DNA from: Candidatus Pelearchaeum maunauluense
GTDB taxonomy: Archaea; Thermoproteota; Nitrososphaeria_A; Caldarchaeales; Caldarchaeaceae
Direction of reading: 5' to 3'
Assembly (NCBI GenBank): GCA_030059675.1
Contig: JANVYQ010000007.1
Span: 23,001 to 87,000, forward strand
Length of the DNA stretch: 64,000 bases
Part shown: positions 16,730 to 27,250 of the stretch, one piece after another
How the letters are laid out: each line of letters begins with the position of its first letter
How positions within the stretch are numbered: the stretch's first letter is position 1
Notes under the pieces: generated by a model
What the model was told of the DNA's origin: nothing
What the model saw: only the letters and a program-made list of their open reading frames with translations
Database searches by the model: none
Translations under genes and position numbers: made by a program

Positions 16730-18154
16730 TTGGTCTTCATCCTGCTACTTGTCCCTAGTACACCGAGCCTAGCACAACCCGCAGATGCCTTCTCCTACGT
16801 CATAACTGTGGATGAAGACGGTGATGCTGAGGTGAGCATAGCTATTAACGCGAAGCTTCTCCGAGGTATGGGTATTGGTGAGACTTGGTTAGCCGTTCCG
16901 CGCGGTGAGCGTATTGTCTGGTCTTTTACTGATGGAAGGCCAAGCTATGTTGTATCGCCGCTCTATGTAGCACCTGGAGAGATAAACATGTTCTACAACA
17001 ACATAACAATCTCCACATTGGGATACGATACAATCAGCTTACGCTATAGCTTTAAGATGGCTTCTTTAATTGTTGATGATAGGGCGCTCTTTCTATCGCC
17101 CTTAATAGTGATTGATAACAGGCTCTCTGGGAAGCTTGTTATTCATATTAAAAATGTGGCTAAGGTTAATGAGTATGGTGTCCAGCCGCAACAGTTTAGC
17201 AAGGCTAAGGATAGCGTTACTGTTGTTTTTAATCTTCCACTATCCTCTGGCAGGGTTTGGATTGACTATAATTTGGAGAAGCCTCTAGGATTTGATGAGA
17301 TAGTTATTGATGGTTTTAGGGGTGTTGTTCCTGAGAAATACTCTGCATACATGCGCCATATCCTAATGCTATACTCCGACCTCTCGCGTAATATGACTGA
17401 GCTATTCAAGGTTATGCCAGAGAATATTACTGTGCGCTTTTTCCTCCCGCGCACGTTCTATGAGGGGGTAGATGGCTATGTTCCCATATTACCCTCCGGG
17501 CTAGGTGATATTAACATCAACATATTCACGATAAGGATGCTTCCTGGAATAATGGAGCATGTCGCAGTTCATGAGCTTATTCACCACTATTTATGGAGCG
17601 CTGGCATAGATAATGATTTGTTATGGTTTCATGAAGGAGCGGCCAACTTCTTCTCAATATACTTCCTGAACAAGATAGGGCTAAGGGGTGTTAAGGCAGT
17701 TGAGGATAGTCTTTTGAACGTCTCTCAGAATCTTCCCTATCCTGCGGGTTTTATAGTGGGGTGGAGCCGCTCATCACCAACTCATAATCCAACACTTTAC
17801 TATGCCTCATCATACTTAGTCTTCCACACATTATACAAGAAGCATGGCCTAAATTTATTTGAGGGCTTCTTCGCATATCTAAACGAGAATAATGTTAGAA
17901 TAAGGGAGACTCAGGATGTCGTTTCTATTTTCTCCATACTTAGCGGTGGGGCTACTGATAATACCTTTAGACGACTAGGCCTGTTTGCAGATGACTCTAC
18001 CTTGGCGCGAGACTTTCGGGATTCCCAATTTCTCCTCTTTCTCGTCTTTTCTCTTGCGGTGCTTTTGATTATATCAGTATCAGCTCTTACCAAGCTTAGA
18101 CGCCCTAACGAGACCTATGTAGAGTCTGGCGATTTTCCTAGCTATGTTGGCTAG
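16730..18154 (+). CDS. membrane-anchored gluzincin-type metallopeptidase
   Basis: VAVHELIHH + WFHEGAANF (HEXXH...E), LYYASS, N-terminal signal, C-terminal TM; true start may lie slightly upstream. Confidence 0.75.
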   Translation: MVFILLLVPSTPSLAQPADAFSYVITVDEDGDAEVSIAINAKLLRGMGIGETWLAVPRGERIVWSFTDGRPSYVVSPLYVAPGEINMFYNNITISTLGYDTISLRYSFKMASLIVDDRALFLSPLIVIDNRLSGKLVIHIKNVAKVNEYGVQPQQFSKAKDSVTVVFNLPLSSGRVWIDYNLEKPLGFDEIVIDGFRGVVPEKYSAYMRHILMLYSDLSRNMTELFKVMPENITVRFFLPRTFYEGVDGYVPILPSGLGDININIFTIRMLPGIMEHVAVHELIHHYLWSAGIDNDLLWFHEGAANFFSIYFLNKIGLRGVKAVEDSLLNVSQNLPYPAGFIVGWSRSSPTHNPTLYYASSYLVFHTLYKKHGLNLFEGFFAYLNENNVRIRETQDVVSIFSILSGGATDNTFRRLGLFADDSTLARDFRDSQFLLFLVFSLAVLLIISVSALTKLRRPNETYVESGDFPSYVG

Positions 18155-19048
18155 CTGTAGCGGGTTTTCTCCAAATATGTATGTCGCTGGCTCGTATCCT
18201 ACACCTCCCTCATGAAAGACAGCTGCAGGCAGCGTTTTCAAACGCGCGTAAGCATTAGCAACAGACCTTATAACGTCATCCTCCGAAAGCTCAGCTCTAC
18301 TGGGCTCAATAACCTGTGAATGTATATTGAGTGATTTAACTATCTCTTTCATTCCTTGGTCATTCCTCAGGTTTATAGCCGCTCTCACGCGTTTATCTAC
18401 GGCGCTTACCGCCAGCAGGACGTTTGCCATATGTTGAGAAGCTCCAAAGACTGGCTTACCTACAGCCTGGACGCGTTCCCCAACCTTGACAATCCTCCCA
18501 GGAATAGCGGCTATATCAGCGGTGGTCTGTGGGTTATCCACGCTATAAACAATATTGACTGAAACCTCTGGCATGATGTTGGAGAAGAATGGTGAGCGTT
18601 CTATGCTCTTTACAGCCTCTTCAAGCTGTCTTATGACGTCAAGCCTCTTGGCGTCAAGAGCTTCAGCGCTTATGGGTGTCATGCATATCTCGCATGAGGC
18701 GAGCTGCGGGTATAGTGTGCGGTGATATTCGCAGAGTCTGCCATCTCCTAGTAGTTTTCTCCAGAAGGCGTATAACGTGCCGTTTGAGCGCTCTGGGCTC
18801 TCTAGGAGGTCTTCCTGAAGGAGCTTGGAGAGGAGCTCTATCTCCTCGGCTGATATTCCCATCTGCTGGAGTTTCCGCTGATAGAAGGACTCGCTCCTCC
18901 TAAGTGATTGGCTCACAGCGGCCTGGGTTATTCCCAGCAACTTGGCTATGGCAAGCTGGGAGTGGCCATTCTTCCGTAGTCGGTGAATCATAACACCCCT
19001 AACATTAGGCAGGAAATCCCTCACCATCATCTCGCATGGAGGAAACAT
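18080..19048 (-). CDS. HTH + ThiN (thiamine-phosphate synthase) domain protein, ThiR-like
   Basis: N-terminal PPCE...LP.VR...SQ..IA.LLGITQAAVSQ HTH; C-terminal PEV.VNIVY, IAAIPGRI, FGASQHMA, GG.GYEP. Confidence 0.88.
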   Translation of the reverse strand: MFPPCEMMVRDFLPNVRGVMIHRLRKNGHSQLAIAKLLGITQAAVSQSLRRSESFYQRKLQQMGISAEEIELLSKLLQEDLLESPERSNGTLYAFWRKLLGDGRLCEYHRTLYPQLASCEICMTPISAEALDAKRLDVIRQLEEAVKSIERSPFFSNIMPEVSVNIVYSVDNPQTTADIAAIPGRIVKVGERVQAVGKPVFGASQHMANVLLAVSAVDKRVRAAINLRNDQGMKEIVKSLNIHSQVIEPSRAELSEDDVIRSVANAYARLKTLPAAVFHEGGVGYEPATYIFGENPLQLANIARKIARLYIGLVRASKLGKS

Positions 19049-19119
19049 TCTCCACGGCTAACCAAAGCGACGTGAGACTTATTATTTTCTATAGCATCCT
19101 CTCGCAGAGACGCTGAGAC

Positions 19120-20175
19120 ATGGATGGAGCTGCCGACATACACGCTATGGAGCTTCCCCGCGCTGTTATCGTGGGCGAGAGACTAGGCCCAGTCATCGCT
19201 GAGCGTGTGAGAGCTACCGCTGGCTCTAGGGCTTTGATGCTGACCAGCCCCACGCCATATAAGCTACTCGGCAAGAAGGTTGAGGAGGCAGCCGAAAAAA
19301 TATCGTTTGACGTGGTTATCCTTGACTCGTCCTCATCTGTTAATGAGTGGCTTGACTCGCTAGAGAATAATATCCGCTCAGGCTATGGTGCCATAATTGG
19401 GATAGGCGGGGGGCGGGTGTTGGATGTGGCTAAGGTTGTGGCTGAGGCCTCAAACTTACCGCTTTTTAGCATCCCGACTGTGGCTTCGCATGATGGTATA
19501 GCGAGTCCGATGACATCCATACGTAAGGAGGGCCACGCATACTCTAGAAAATCCGTTATGCCCACTGAGATAATCGCAGATATGGAGGTTATCAGGCTGG
19601 CCCCAATGCGCTACACCATAAGCGGGTGCGGAGACTTGGTGGCAAAGTATAGCGCTGTCCGCGACTGGTGGCTGGGCCATAGGGAGACTGGGGAATACTA
19701 TGGAAGATACGCCGCTCATCTGGCGTATCTAAGCTCGGTAGTGGTTATGCGCTCTGCGGAAGTCATAGGCAGGGGAGACGCTGATGGTATAAGAACAGTG
19801 GTAGAGGCGCTCATCAGCGCTGGCGTAGCCATGGGGATAGCTGGGAGCAGCAGGCCATGCAGCGGGAGCGAGCACCTAATAGCACACGCGCTAGAATATC
19901 TCCTAGATTCCCCTCCACTTCACGGAGAGAGATGCGGAATAGCTACGATATTCACCTCATACCTCCACAACGCCAACTGGCGACGCGTAAAACAAGCCCT
20001 AAAAACAATGAACGCCCCATCAACCCTGAAGGAGTTAGGTATAGATGAGGATGTCTTCACAGAAGCGGTTAAGCTCGCCCCAAACCTAAGAAAAGAAAGG
20101 TACACAATACTGCATAAGCTTAATCTGAAGGATGAGGAAATCAGGGATATTCTCAACGATGTGGGAATCAGCTAA
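19120..20175 (+). CDS. egsA: sn-glycerol-1-phosphate dehydrogenase
   Basis: H.MELPR.V, GIGGGRVLDVAK, PTVASHDGIASP, SSRPCSGSEHLIAH, HGE.CG, RYTIL. Confidence 0.97.
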   Translation: MDGAADIHAMELPRAVIVGERLGPVIAERVRATAGSRALMLTSPTPYKLLGKKVEEAAEKISFDVVILDSSSSVNEWLDSLENNIRSGYGAIIGIGGGRVLDVAKVVAEASNLPLFSIPTVASHDGIASPMTSIRKEGHAYSRKSVMPTEIIADMEVIRLAPMRYTISGCGDLVAKYSAVRDWWLGHRETGEYYGRYAAHLAYLSSVVVMRSAEVIGRGDADGIRTVVEALISAGVAMGIAGSSRPCSGSEHLIAHALEYLLDSPPLHGERCGIATIFTSYLHNANWRRVKQALKTMNAPSTLKELGIDEDVFTEAVKLAPNLRKERYTILHKLNLKDEEIRDILNDVGIS

Positions 20176-20205
20176 CAAGGTGGTGAGTGGTTTAAATTTA
20201 GCAAC

Positions 20206-21633
20206 ATGGATATGACGGGTATGAGCGATGCTGGAGAGTATAGGATTGAGCGCGATACTCTGGGTGAGATGAAAGTTCCCGCGAATGCTTACTACGCCGC
20301 CCAGACAGCCCGCGCAATACTGAACTTCCCAATCTCAGGCCTCAGGTTTCAACGCCCCTTCATAAGAGCCCTAGGCTTGATAAAGTATGCAGCCGCAAAA
20401 GCCAACAAGGAACTGGGCCTGCTAGACCCCAACAAGGCTTCTGCGATAGAAAAGGCAGCTCTTGAGGTAGCAGAGGGAAAGCTCGACGACCAATTCGTGG
20501 TTGATGTATTCCAGACAGGCTCCGGCACCTCTACGAATATGAACGCTAACGAGGTTATCGCAAATCGCGCGATAGAGATTTTGGGCGGCAAGCGGGGGGA
20601 TAAGTCGCTCATACACCCAAACGATCATGTAAATATGGGGCAGTCAACCAACGATGTCTTTCCCACGGCGATAAATGTTGCTGCAGCAGAGCTGGTGGTT
20701 AGGAAGCTCCTACCCAACCTGGAGCTGTTGGAGAAGAGGCTTGACGAGAAGGCGCGGGAATTCGCCGACATAGTCAAGTCTGGCAGAACCCACTTCCAAG
20801 ACGCTGTGCCAGTAACGCTTGGTCAGGAGTTCTCCGGCTATGCCGAGATGATTAGGAAGGGTAGGAGAAGGGTTCTCAACGCTCTTGAGAGCCTGCTGGA
20901 GCTACCTATAGGCGGTACAGCGGTGGGAACAGGGCTTAACGCGCATCCACGTTTTGCCGAGCTTGTGGTAAACCAGCTACGCGATCAGACTGGGATAGAC
21001 TTCAGGATAGCTGCAAACAGGTTTGAAGCCATGGGAACGCGCGACTGCTGTCTAGAGATGAGCGCAGCACTCAGGTCTGTTGCAGTATCAATATTCAAGA
21101 TAGCGAATGACCTCCGCATACTGAGCTCAGGCCCCAACACTGGGCTAGCCGAGATAGAGCTACCCGCCGTGCAGCCAGGCTCCTCAATAATGCCTGGGAA
21201 GGTAAACCCAGTCATACCCGAGTCAGCCCTCATGGCAGCTGCCCAGGTTATAGGTAATGACGAGGCGATTAGCGTAGCATGCAGACTGGGCGAGCTGGAG
21301 CTCAATATGGGCATGCCATTAATAGCGTATGACCTTCTCCAGTCAATAGAGATACTGGCAAACACCGCAAAGAATCTTGCAGAGAACTGTATAGGCGGGA
21401 TAAGGGCAAATCCAGACAGGTGTAGGCGCTATGGTGAGAGTAGCCCAGCCCTAGTTACAGTCGTAGCCCCCATAATAGGATACGACAAAGCCGCCAAGGT
21501 TGCGAAGAAGATGCTTGAAACAGGCAAGACAATCCGCGAGGTGCTGCTGGAGGAGGGCATAATAGACCAGAAGACAATAGACGAGGTACTAGACTTGAAG
21601 AAGATGGCAAGGGGAGGAATTTTAGCCAAGTAG
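20206..21633 (+). CDS. fumC: fumarate hydratase class II
   Basis: FQTGSGTSTNMNANEV, HPNDHVNMGQSTND, GRTH.QDA.P, GSSIMPGKVNPVIPE. Confidence 0.93.
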   Translation: MDMTGMSDAGEYRIERDTLGEMKVPANAYYAAQTARAILNFPISGLRFQRPFIRALGLIKYAAAKANKELGLLDPNKASAIEKAALEVAEGKLDDQFVVDVFQTGSGTSTNMNANEVIANRAIEILGGKRGDKSLIHPNDHVNMGQSTNDVFPTAINVAAAELVVRKLLPNLELLEKRLDEKAREFADIVKSGRTHFQDAVPVTLGQEFSGYAEMIRKGRRRVLNALESLLELPIGGTAVGTGLNAHPRFAELVVNQLRDQTGIDFRIAANRFEAMGTRDCCLEMSAALRSVAVSIFKIANDLRILSSGPNTGLAEIELPAVQPGSSIMPGKVNPVIPESALMAAAQVIGNDEAISVACRLGELELNMGMPLIAYDLLQSIEILANTAKNLAENCIGGIRANPDRCRRYGESSPALVTVVAPIIGYDKAAKVAKKMLETGKTIREVLLEEGIIDQKTIDEVLDLKKMARGGILAK

Positions 21634-22845
21634 CGGCTCTTCTAGCCTCCCCAGCTCCAATATTTTCTCCAACTGTTCCATGGTGTGTTTCCTAATCTCA
21701 GACGCCGACGGCAGTTTTCCAACCACCTCACCATTTTTAATGAGCGGCTTTAGAAGCGGACTAACCCCCTCACCGCATCTAGGGCATTTTTCCAATTGTT
21801 TGTTGAATTGCGTTATCGTGTCATGGAAGTTTGGACAGCGGTAAACCTGCTTATGGCCTGGTAGCTTCCCCCGCTTGGCAAGCGGCTTCCCCTCGACCTC
21901 GACTATGTCTAGGGCGAAGTCTATTGAGGGTGGGAATGCTATTGATGTCCCTACCCCAAACCCGTCAGCCACGTCGCTTAGCTTCCTAACCTCCTCCTCA
22001 CCAACTCCGCCGCTGACCAACACTTTAACATCCTCACGCCCCATTAGCTTGAGCATCCACTTAACCTCCTGGATTATCTTCCTCATATCGCCGCGTCGCG
22101 AGCTTGGAGTATCAAGCCTAACACCATACAAACGCTCTCCCAGCGTATCGACAGCCAACGCGGCTTCTGTGCGCTCATCCATAAAAGTATCGCAAAGCGC
22201 TATCCGTGGCACGTCGCTGGGCATAACCTCGTCGAAAGCCCTCCACGCGCTCACCTGGTCTCCAACAACAAGTATCAAGGCATGCGGCATGGTTCCTACT
22301 GGTTTCTGCTCTATCATATCAGCGCCAACAACCCCCGAAACAGCATCGCACCCACCTATGAATGCAGCCCTATCAGCCATCGGAGTTATTGCGGGATGTA
22401 TAGTCCTGATTCCAAAGAATATTACGGGCTTGCCCCCAGCAGCAACCTTGACGCGCGCAGCGCGCGTGGCTATGCTGGTTGAGTGGCGGAGAAACCCTAG
22501 GATGGCTGATTCATAGATTCCAAACTCGGAATAAACACCGCTGATAGCGGCTACAGGCTCCATAGGCCTGAACACAGTCCCCTCATCAAGGCAATAGACG
22601 TCTACGGGCTTACCCTCAAGGAGCCAGGCAAGCTCCTCAACACCAGCTAGAACACCCCACTCCCAGCTATTCGGCAAGCTATACGTATGAGCCTCTGCCA
22701 CCACCTTCTTAGTGGATGAGTTGGTCTTTTCCAAAATCTGCTTAGCCCTAACGAAGTATATGTCGGTGACCCTTCCCTCGCGTATGCTCTCTGGTGAGGC
22801 TATGTAAATCCTGGGTCTCCGCGTCATCCCATTAACCTCATACAA
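21622..22845 (-). CDS. pncB: nicotinate phosphoribosyltransferase
   Basis: TDIYF, FGIR..HP, GTMPH, VRLDTPSSRRG, VSGG, GFGVGT, AKRGK. Confidence 0.95.
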   Translation of the reverse strand: MYEVNGMTRRPRIYIASPESIREGRVTDIYFVRAKQILEKTNSSTKKVVAEAHTYSLPNSWEWGVLAGVEELAWLLEGKPVDVYCLDEGTVFRPMEPVAAISGVYSEFGIYESAILGFLRHSTSIATRAARVKVAAGGKPVIFFGIRTIHPAITPMADRAAFIGGCDAVSGVVGADMIEQKPVGTMPHALILVVGDQVSAWRAFDEVMPSDVPRIALCDTFMDERTEAALAVDTLGERLYGVRLDTPSSRRGDMRKIIQEVKWMLKLMGREDVKVLVSGGVGEEEVRKLSDVADGFGVGTSIAFPPSIDFALDIVEVEGKPLAKRGKLPGHKQVYRCPNFHDTITQFNKQLEKCPRCGEGVSPLLKPLIKNGEVVGKLPSASEIRKHTMEQLEKILELGRLEEPLLG

Positions 22846-23425
22846 ATTTTATCAAGTCACTCCTGGTTATCGTTCCCCGGTAGAGGAAGGAAACCTGCCG
22901 TATAGCTGCCTTCATATCAAAGTCTGTTAGGGCTGATATTCCGTCTATCGGTAGGTATATGTTGAACCAGCGGAGTGCAGCGCTTCCAGCAGTGTGTAAG
23001 ACGCAGATATTGGCAACAGTCCCCACTATCACCAGGTTCTCCACGTCAGCAAGTCTTAGTATATGATCCAGCGGAGTCCCATAGAAAGCGTCATACCTCA
23101 GCTTCTTAACAACAGTATCGCTGGGCTCCGGCTTAAGCTCGTCAACTATCTCAGCACCCCAGGTATTAGCCAGAGCATGCTCTCCCCATATCTTGAACTC
23201 AGGATCATTAGGGCCATGCCAGTCTTGTGTATAGATTATCATCACGCCAGCCTTCCTAGCGTTGTCCAGAAGCTCTTTTATCGCAGGTATTGTTGCGGGC
23301 GCTGTGGGGACGAACAGCCTCCCGTTGGGGTGAGCGAAGTCATTCTGCATATCAACTATTATCAGAGCAGTTTTCCTACTATCAACCTCAGCAGCCTGAG
23401 GCTCTGGTAGCTCAACCTGCTCCAT
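22838..23425 (-). CDS. pncA: nicotinamidase / isochorismatase-family cysteine hydrolase
   Basis: IIVDMQNDF, QDWH, WGEH, K.RYDAF, GTVANICV; coupled to pncB. Confidence 0.85.
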   Translation of the reverse strand: MEQVELPEPQAAEVDSRKTALIIVDMQNDFAHPNGRLFVPTAPATIPAIKELLDNARKAGVMIIYTQDWHGPNDPEFKIWGEHALANTWGAEIVDELKPEPSDTVVKKLRYDAFYGTPLDHILRLADVENLVIVGTVANICVLHTAGSAALRWFNIYLPIDGISALTDFDMKAAIRQVSFLYRGTITRSDLIKFV

Positions 23426-23527
23426 ACCAGACCAGAACAGCTACAATTCCCCTTCATATTAGCTTGGTGGAATATCAGGGGGAGAGTCTTTTAATAGGGT
23501 GCGGAGATTCTTGGCGGAGGGGGTTAA

Positions 23528-24886
23528 ATGGGCGAGGAACTGGAGAAATTATCCACACAGCTCAACAGCGTAAGAGACATGCTTTACTCAGATTTGAAAC
23601 AGCTCATAGAACAGCCTAGCGTCTCAGCGCGTAATGAGGGTATCAGGGAATGCGCGGGGCTTGTGAAAAACATGCTTGAACGTGAGGGTTTTGATGTTAA
23701 GATTTACGACGCTGATAGGCCTGTTATAGTTGCCTCACTAACCAGCTCCGAGAAGAGACCAACGATACTCATGTACAACCACTATGATGTCCAGCCTCCT
23801 GAGCCTCTTGAGGAGTGGGGCTCAGACCCATTCAAGCTGGTGGAGCGCGATGGTCTCCTCTTCGGCAGGGGGGTAGCCGATAATAAAGGGGATATAGCGG
23901 CGCGTCTAGCTGCGGTAAGGCTACTGCGCCACGCGTATGGCGAGCTTCCAGTTTCGTTGAAGTGGATTATTGAGGGCGAGGAAGAGATTGGAAGCCCCAA
24001 CCTAGGTGCGTTCATTAGGGAGCATAAAGACGAGCTTAAGGCGGATGCCTGCCTGTGGGAGGCTGGCGACATATCTGATGAGGGCATCCCAAACCTATAC
24101 CTGGGCGTTAAAGGGCTTCTCTACGTCGAGATTAGCACGAGAACAAGCTCAGGCGATAGGCATTCCATGTATGCGCCTATCATACCCAACCCTGCCTGGC
24201 AGCTCGTTCAGGCGCTTAACACGCTACGGGACTCGGATGGCCGTGTGAAGATAAAAGAATTCTACCGCGATGTTAGGAGACCTAGTAAGAAGGAGGCTAA
24301 GCTCATACGCTTAATCAAGCTTGACGCGAATAAGCTCAGACAATCTTTGGGTGTTAGTAGGCTAACTGATAAGAACAGGGTAAAGCTCGTTGAGAAGCTT
24401 GTCATGCGCCCCACATGCAACATAGCTGGCCTAGTATCTGGATACACAGGGCCTGGAGCCAAGACAATTGTCCCCAGCACCGCGAGTGTTAAGATAGACT
24501 TCAGGCTAGTCCCAGACCAGAGGCCAGAAAGGATACTCACACTCCTCAAACGCCATCTTAGGCGTTTCGGAGATTTCGAGGTTAAGGTTTATGCTATGGA
24601 GAGCCCAGCGCGCTCAAATCCAGATGAGGCTATAGTCAGGGTAGCGGAGGAAACAGCGCGAGAGGTCTATGGAGTAAGCCCCAACATATGGCCCTCGGTG
24701 CCAGGAACTGGGCCCATGTCGCACTTAATACAGCTGGGCATACCCTCAGCCATGCTCAACTGTACATCACACCCAGGCTCAAACTTCCATGCACCCAACG
24801 AGAACATAGCCGTTAAAGACCTAGAACGCTCAGTAATACACCTAGCAATGCTGATGAAGCGTTTTGCCGAGAAGACGGGTAGTTAG
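23528..24886 (+). CDS. M20 family metallopeptidase/deacylase
   Basis: YNHYDVQP, GRGVADNKG, EGEEEIGS, HAPNE. Confidence 0.95.
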   Translation: MGEELEKLSTQLNSVRDMLYSDLKQLIEQPSVSARNEGIRECAGLVKNMLEREGFDVKIYDADRPVIVASLTSSEKRPTILMYNHYDVQPPEPLEEWGSDPFKLVERDGLLFGRGVADNKGDIAARLAAVRLLRHAYGELPVSLKWIIEGEEEIGSPNLGAFIREHKDELKADACLWEAGDISDEGIPNLYLGVKGLLYVEISTRTSSGDRHSMYAPIIPNPAWQLVQALNTLRDSDGRVKIKEFYRDVRRPSKKEAKLIRLIKLDANKLRQSLGVSRLTDKNRVKLVEKLVMRPTCNIAGLVSGYTGPGAKTIVPSTASVKIDFRLVPDQRPERILTLLKRHLRRFGDFEVKVYAMESPARSNPDEAIVRVAEETAREVYGVSPNIWPSVPGTGPMSHLIQLGIPSAMLNCTSHPGSNFHAPNENIAVKDLERSVIHLAMLMKRFAEKTGS

Positions 24887-24935
24887 GTATTGTTAGAGAT
24901 TTATATTTCTGCAGTGATTCCAGACGTAGCAGAAG

Positions 24936-26408
24936 ATGCAGACCGATTATGATGTAATAGTGGTGGGCGGCGGGCCTGCTGGGACTCACACAGCTATGGC
25001 GATAGCAAAGTATTCGCGGCAAAATCTACAGATACTGCTGATAGACAGGAACCCACGCGCGGAGTATGGGAAGAAGACTAGGTCTGGCTGGGCGTGTGGG
25101 GATGCTGTAAGCAAAAAGAGCTTAGACTACGTCTGTGACAATCTGGGAATATCATATGGCAGCCCAGAGCTGGAGCACCATGTTGATGGCGTTGTGGTCT
25201 ATTCTCCCGACCATGAGGTTAGAGTCCTGTTTGATGGGGAGGGCTATCTCCTGAATAGGAAGATATGGCCCCAGAAGCAGTTGGAATATGCTGAGAAGTT
25301 TGGTGTTGAGTTTGCTTTTCAGGTTGATGCTAAGCGCTTATTGGTTGATGATGGGTATATCAGAGGTGTTGAGGGCATAAATCTTAGGGATGGCTCGGTC
25401 TTTAGAAAAACCGCCAAGATGGTCATAGACGCATCGGGCTCGACCTCGGTTCTGAGGATTCACCTACCGATAAAGAGCTGGATTGAACGCAACATAGATA
25501 AGGACAACGACATGGAATCAACAGGTAGATACATCCTTGAGTTTGAGATAGGCGAGGACGACCCAACATGGTTTGACCCACGCTACTGTCTGATACACTT
25601 AGACCAGTACCTAGCTCCAGGCGGTTATTCTTGGACGTTTCCCAAGGGAGAGAATAAGGTGAACATAGGCCTGGGCGTCCAGAAGAAGAGCTTGGATAGA
25701 CGTAATAAGATGTTCGGTAAAGACGATACTTTACGTACTTTGATAGACGAGTATGTCCGAGCTAATCGTGTCATTAGAAATGCACGCCTATCTCAGAGTC
25801 CGCTTGATTCTGGAAATACCTACGCCATTTGGCAGGTTCCAGTTAGGCGGCAGAATGATTGTATGGTGGCTAATGGCTATGCGATAGTTGGCGATGCTGC
25901 GTGGATGCCCAGGCCGATAGACGCGGGGGGAATAGGGCCTTCGCTCTACGCCAGCGTAATCTTGGGTAGAGTGGTAGCTGAGGCTGTTGAGGCAAACGAT
26001 GTATCAGAGGAGATGCTGTGGCGTTATAACAAGGAGTATGTAGATTTATACGGCTATCAGATGGCCAGCTTTGAAGTCCTCCGCCGCTATCTCCAGACCC
26101 TAACCAACGATAAGATAAGCTACGGGATGAAATACTTCCTCTCGCAGGATGATATTGAGCATATAAAGAGGCGAGAGCATCCTAAGTTTTCGCGCGTCAA
26201 TAACTTTCTACGGGTCTTGTTTGATGGGGAACTGAGACGCCGTATAAGGGAGGAGCCGCAGCTTGCGCGGGGTCTTCAGTTTACGGCTAATAAGAGCCGT
26301 AGGCTGATAAGCCTTTATAAAGAATACCCAGAGAGCAGCGCCAAATTCCCCGAATGGCATAAGAAGTTTATGGCCGAGCTTGAGGAGGCTTTCAACCGCT
26401 TCTCCTAA
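24936..26408 (+). CDS. geranylgeranyl reductase family flavoprotein (digeranylgeranylglycerophospholipid reductase-like)
   Basis: DVIVVGGGPAG, ACGDAVS, PGGYSWTFPKG, VGDAA...P.DAGGI. Confidence 0.9.
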   Translation: MQTDYDVIVVGGGPAGTHTAMAIAKYSRQNLQILLIDRNPRAEYGKKTRSGWACGDAVSKKSLDYVCDNLGISYGSPELEHHVDGVVVYSPDHEVRVLFDGEGYLLNRKIWPQKQLEYAEKFGVEFAFQVDAKRLLVDDGYIRGVEGINLRDGSVFRKTAKMVIDASGSTSVLRIHLPIKSWIERNIDKDNDMESTGRYILEFEIGEDDPTWFDPRYCLIHLDQYLAPGGYSWTFPKGENKVNIGLGVQKKSLDRRNKMFGKDDTLRTLIDEYVRANRVIRNARLSQSPLDSGNTYAIWQVPVRRQNDCMVANGYAIVGDAAWMPRPIDAGGIGPSLYASVILGRVVAEAVEANDVSEEMLWRYNKEYVDLYGYQMASFEVLRRYLQTLTNDKISYGMKYFLSQDDIEHIKRREHPKFSRVNNFLRVLFDGELRRRIREEPQLARGLQFTANKSRRLISLYKEYPESSAKFPEWHKKFMAELEEAFNRFS

Positions 26409-26443
26409 GCATGTTTGGAATATGGTTATTATCCAGTAAATAG

Positions 26444-27250
26444 GTGGTAGAGGGCAGTGTCGGCAGTATGAAGAGGCTCATCTTAATCTCGCTAGCCGCA
26501 GTCATAGCCATAACCTTCTTCGTAGGAGGATTCATATCAGCATACTTGATGCAGCAACAGGTGATAAAAACGCTGGAGGAGCAGATACGGGATAGGGATG
26601 GGGAGATAGCTAGCCTCAACGAACAGTTGGTTGAGGAGAAGAATAAGGTTAGTAGCTTATCTTCAGAGCTGGAGGGTCTAAAGGCTCTTCTCAGCAAGAT
26701 TGAGCAGGCGGAGAAGGAAGCTAGGCAGGTATTGGAGAAGAGGGAAGCAGAGCTGGCTCAGCTTAGAGCACAGCTAAGCGAGTCAGATTCTCGCATAAAA
26801 GAGCTGGAGGCGAAGATAGCCAGGATAAACAGCGCGCTAGAGAAGCTATCCAACGACCGCGTCCTACTGAGCTGGCTGAGAAATGATGTCCCAAATGACC
26901 GCGAGGGAGCCTTGAGACACTGGAACGAAACCCGCGACATAGCTGCAAGAAGCAACCCCTCACTAGCCATAGCGGTAGATAAGATAATCGCGTCCCTAGG
27001 CGTGTTCTTTGACTGGATAGAGTCATTCCCACAAGACGTAACGTATGAGCAGGGTCCATTGGGAGACCTTTGTAGCTGGACCCTCTCAAGACCAGACGCC
27101 CCATACAACCTGCGCGTTTTCTGTGAGTGGCTCTTTTCGCAGCCGCCAGGAGTGGATGAATACAACCAGAAGGCGAATCAATTCATTGAGGAGGTCTATC
27201 TGGTGGTTATCAGCCACATAGATGAGCTGTCTAAAGCCATCAAGGACTAG
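26444..27250 (+). CDS. membrane-anchored coiled-coil protein
   Basis: N-terminal TM (LILISLAAVIAITFFVGGFISAYL), ~100-aa coiled coil, unknown C-terminal domain. Confidence 0.75.
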   Translation: MVEGSVGSMKRLILISLAAVIAITFFVGGFISAYLMQQQVIKTLEEQIRDRDGEIASLNEQLVEEKNKVSSLSSELEGLKALLSKIEQAEKEARQVLEKREAELAQLRAQLSESDSRIKELEAKIARINSALEKLSNDRVLLSWLRNDVPNDREGALRHWNETRDIAARSNPSLAIAVDKIIASLGVFFDWIESFPQDVTYEQGPLGDLCSWTLSRPDAPYNLRVFCEWLFSQPPGVDEYNQKANQFIEEVYLVVISHIDELSKAIKD

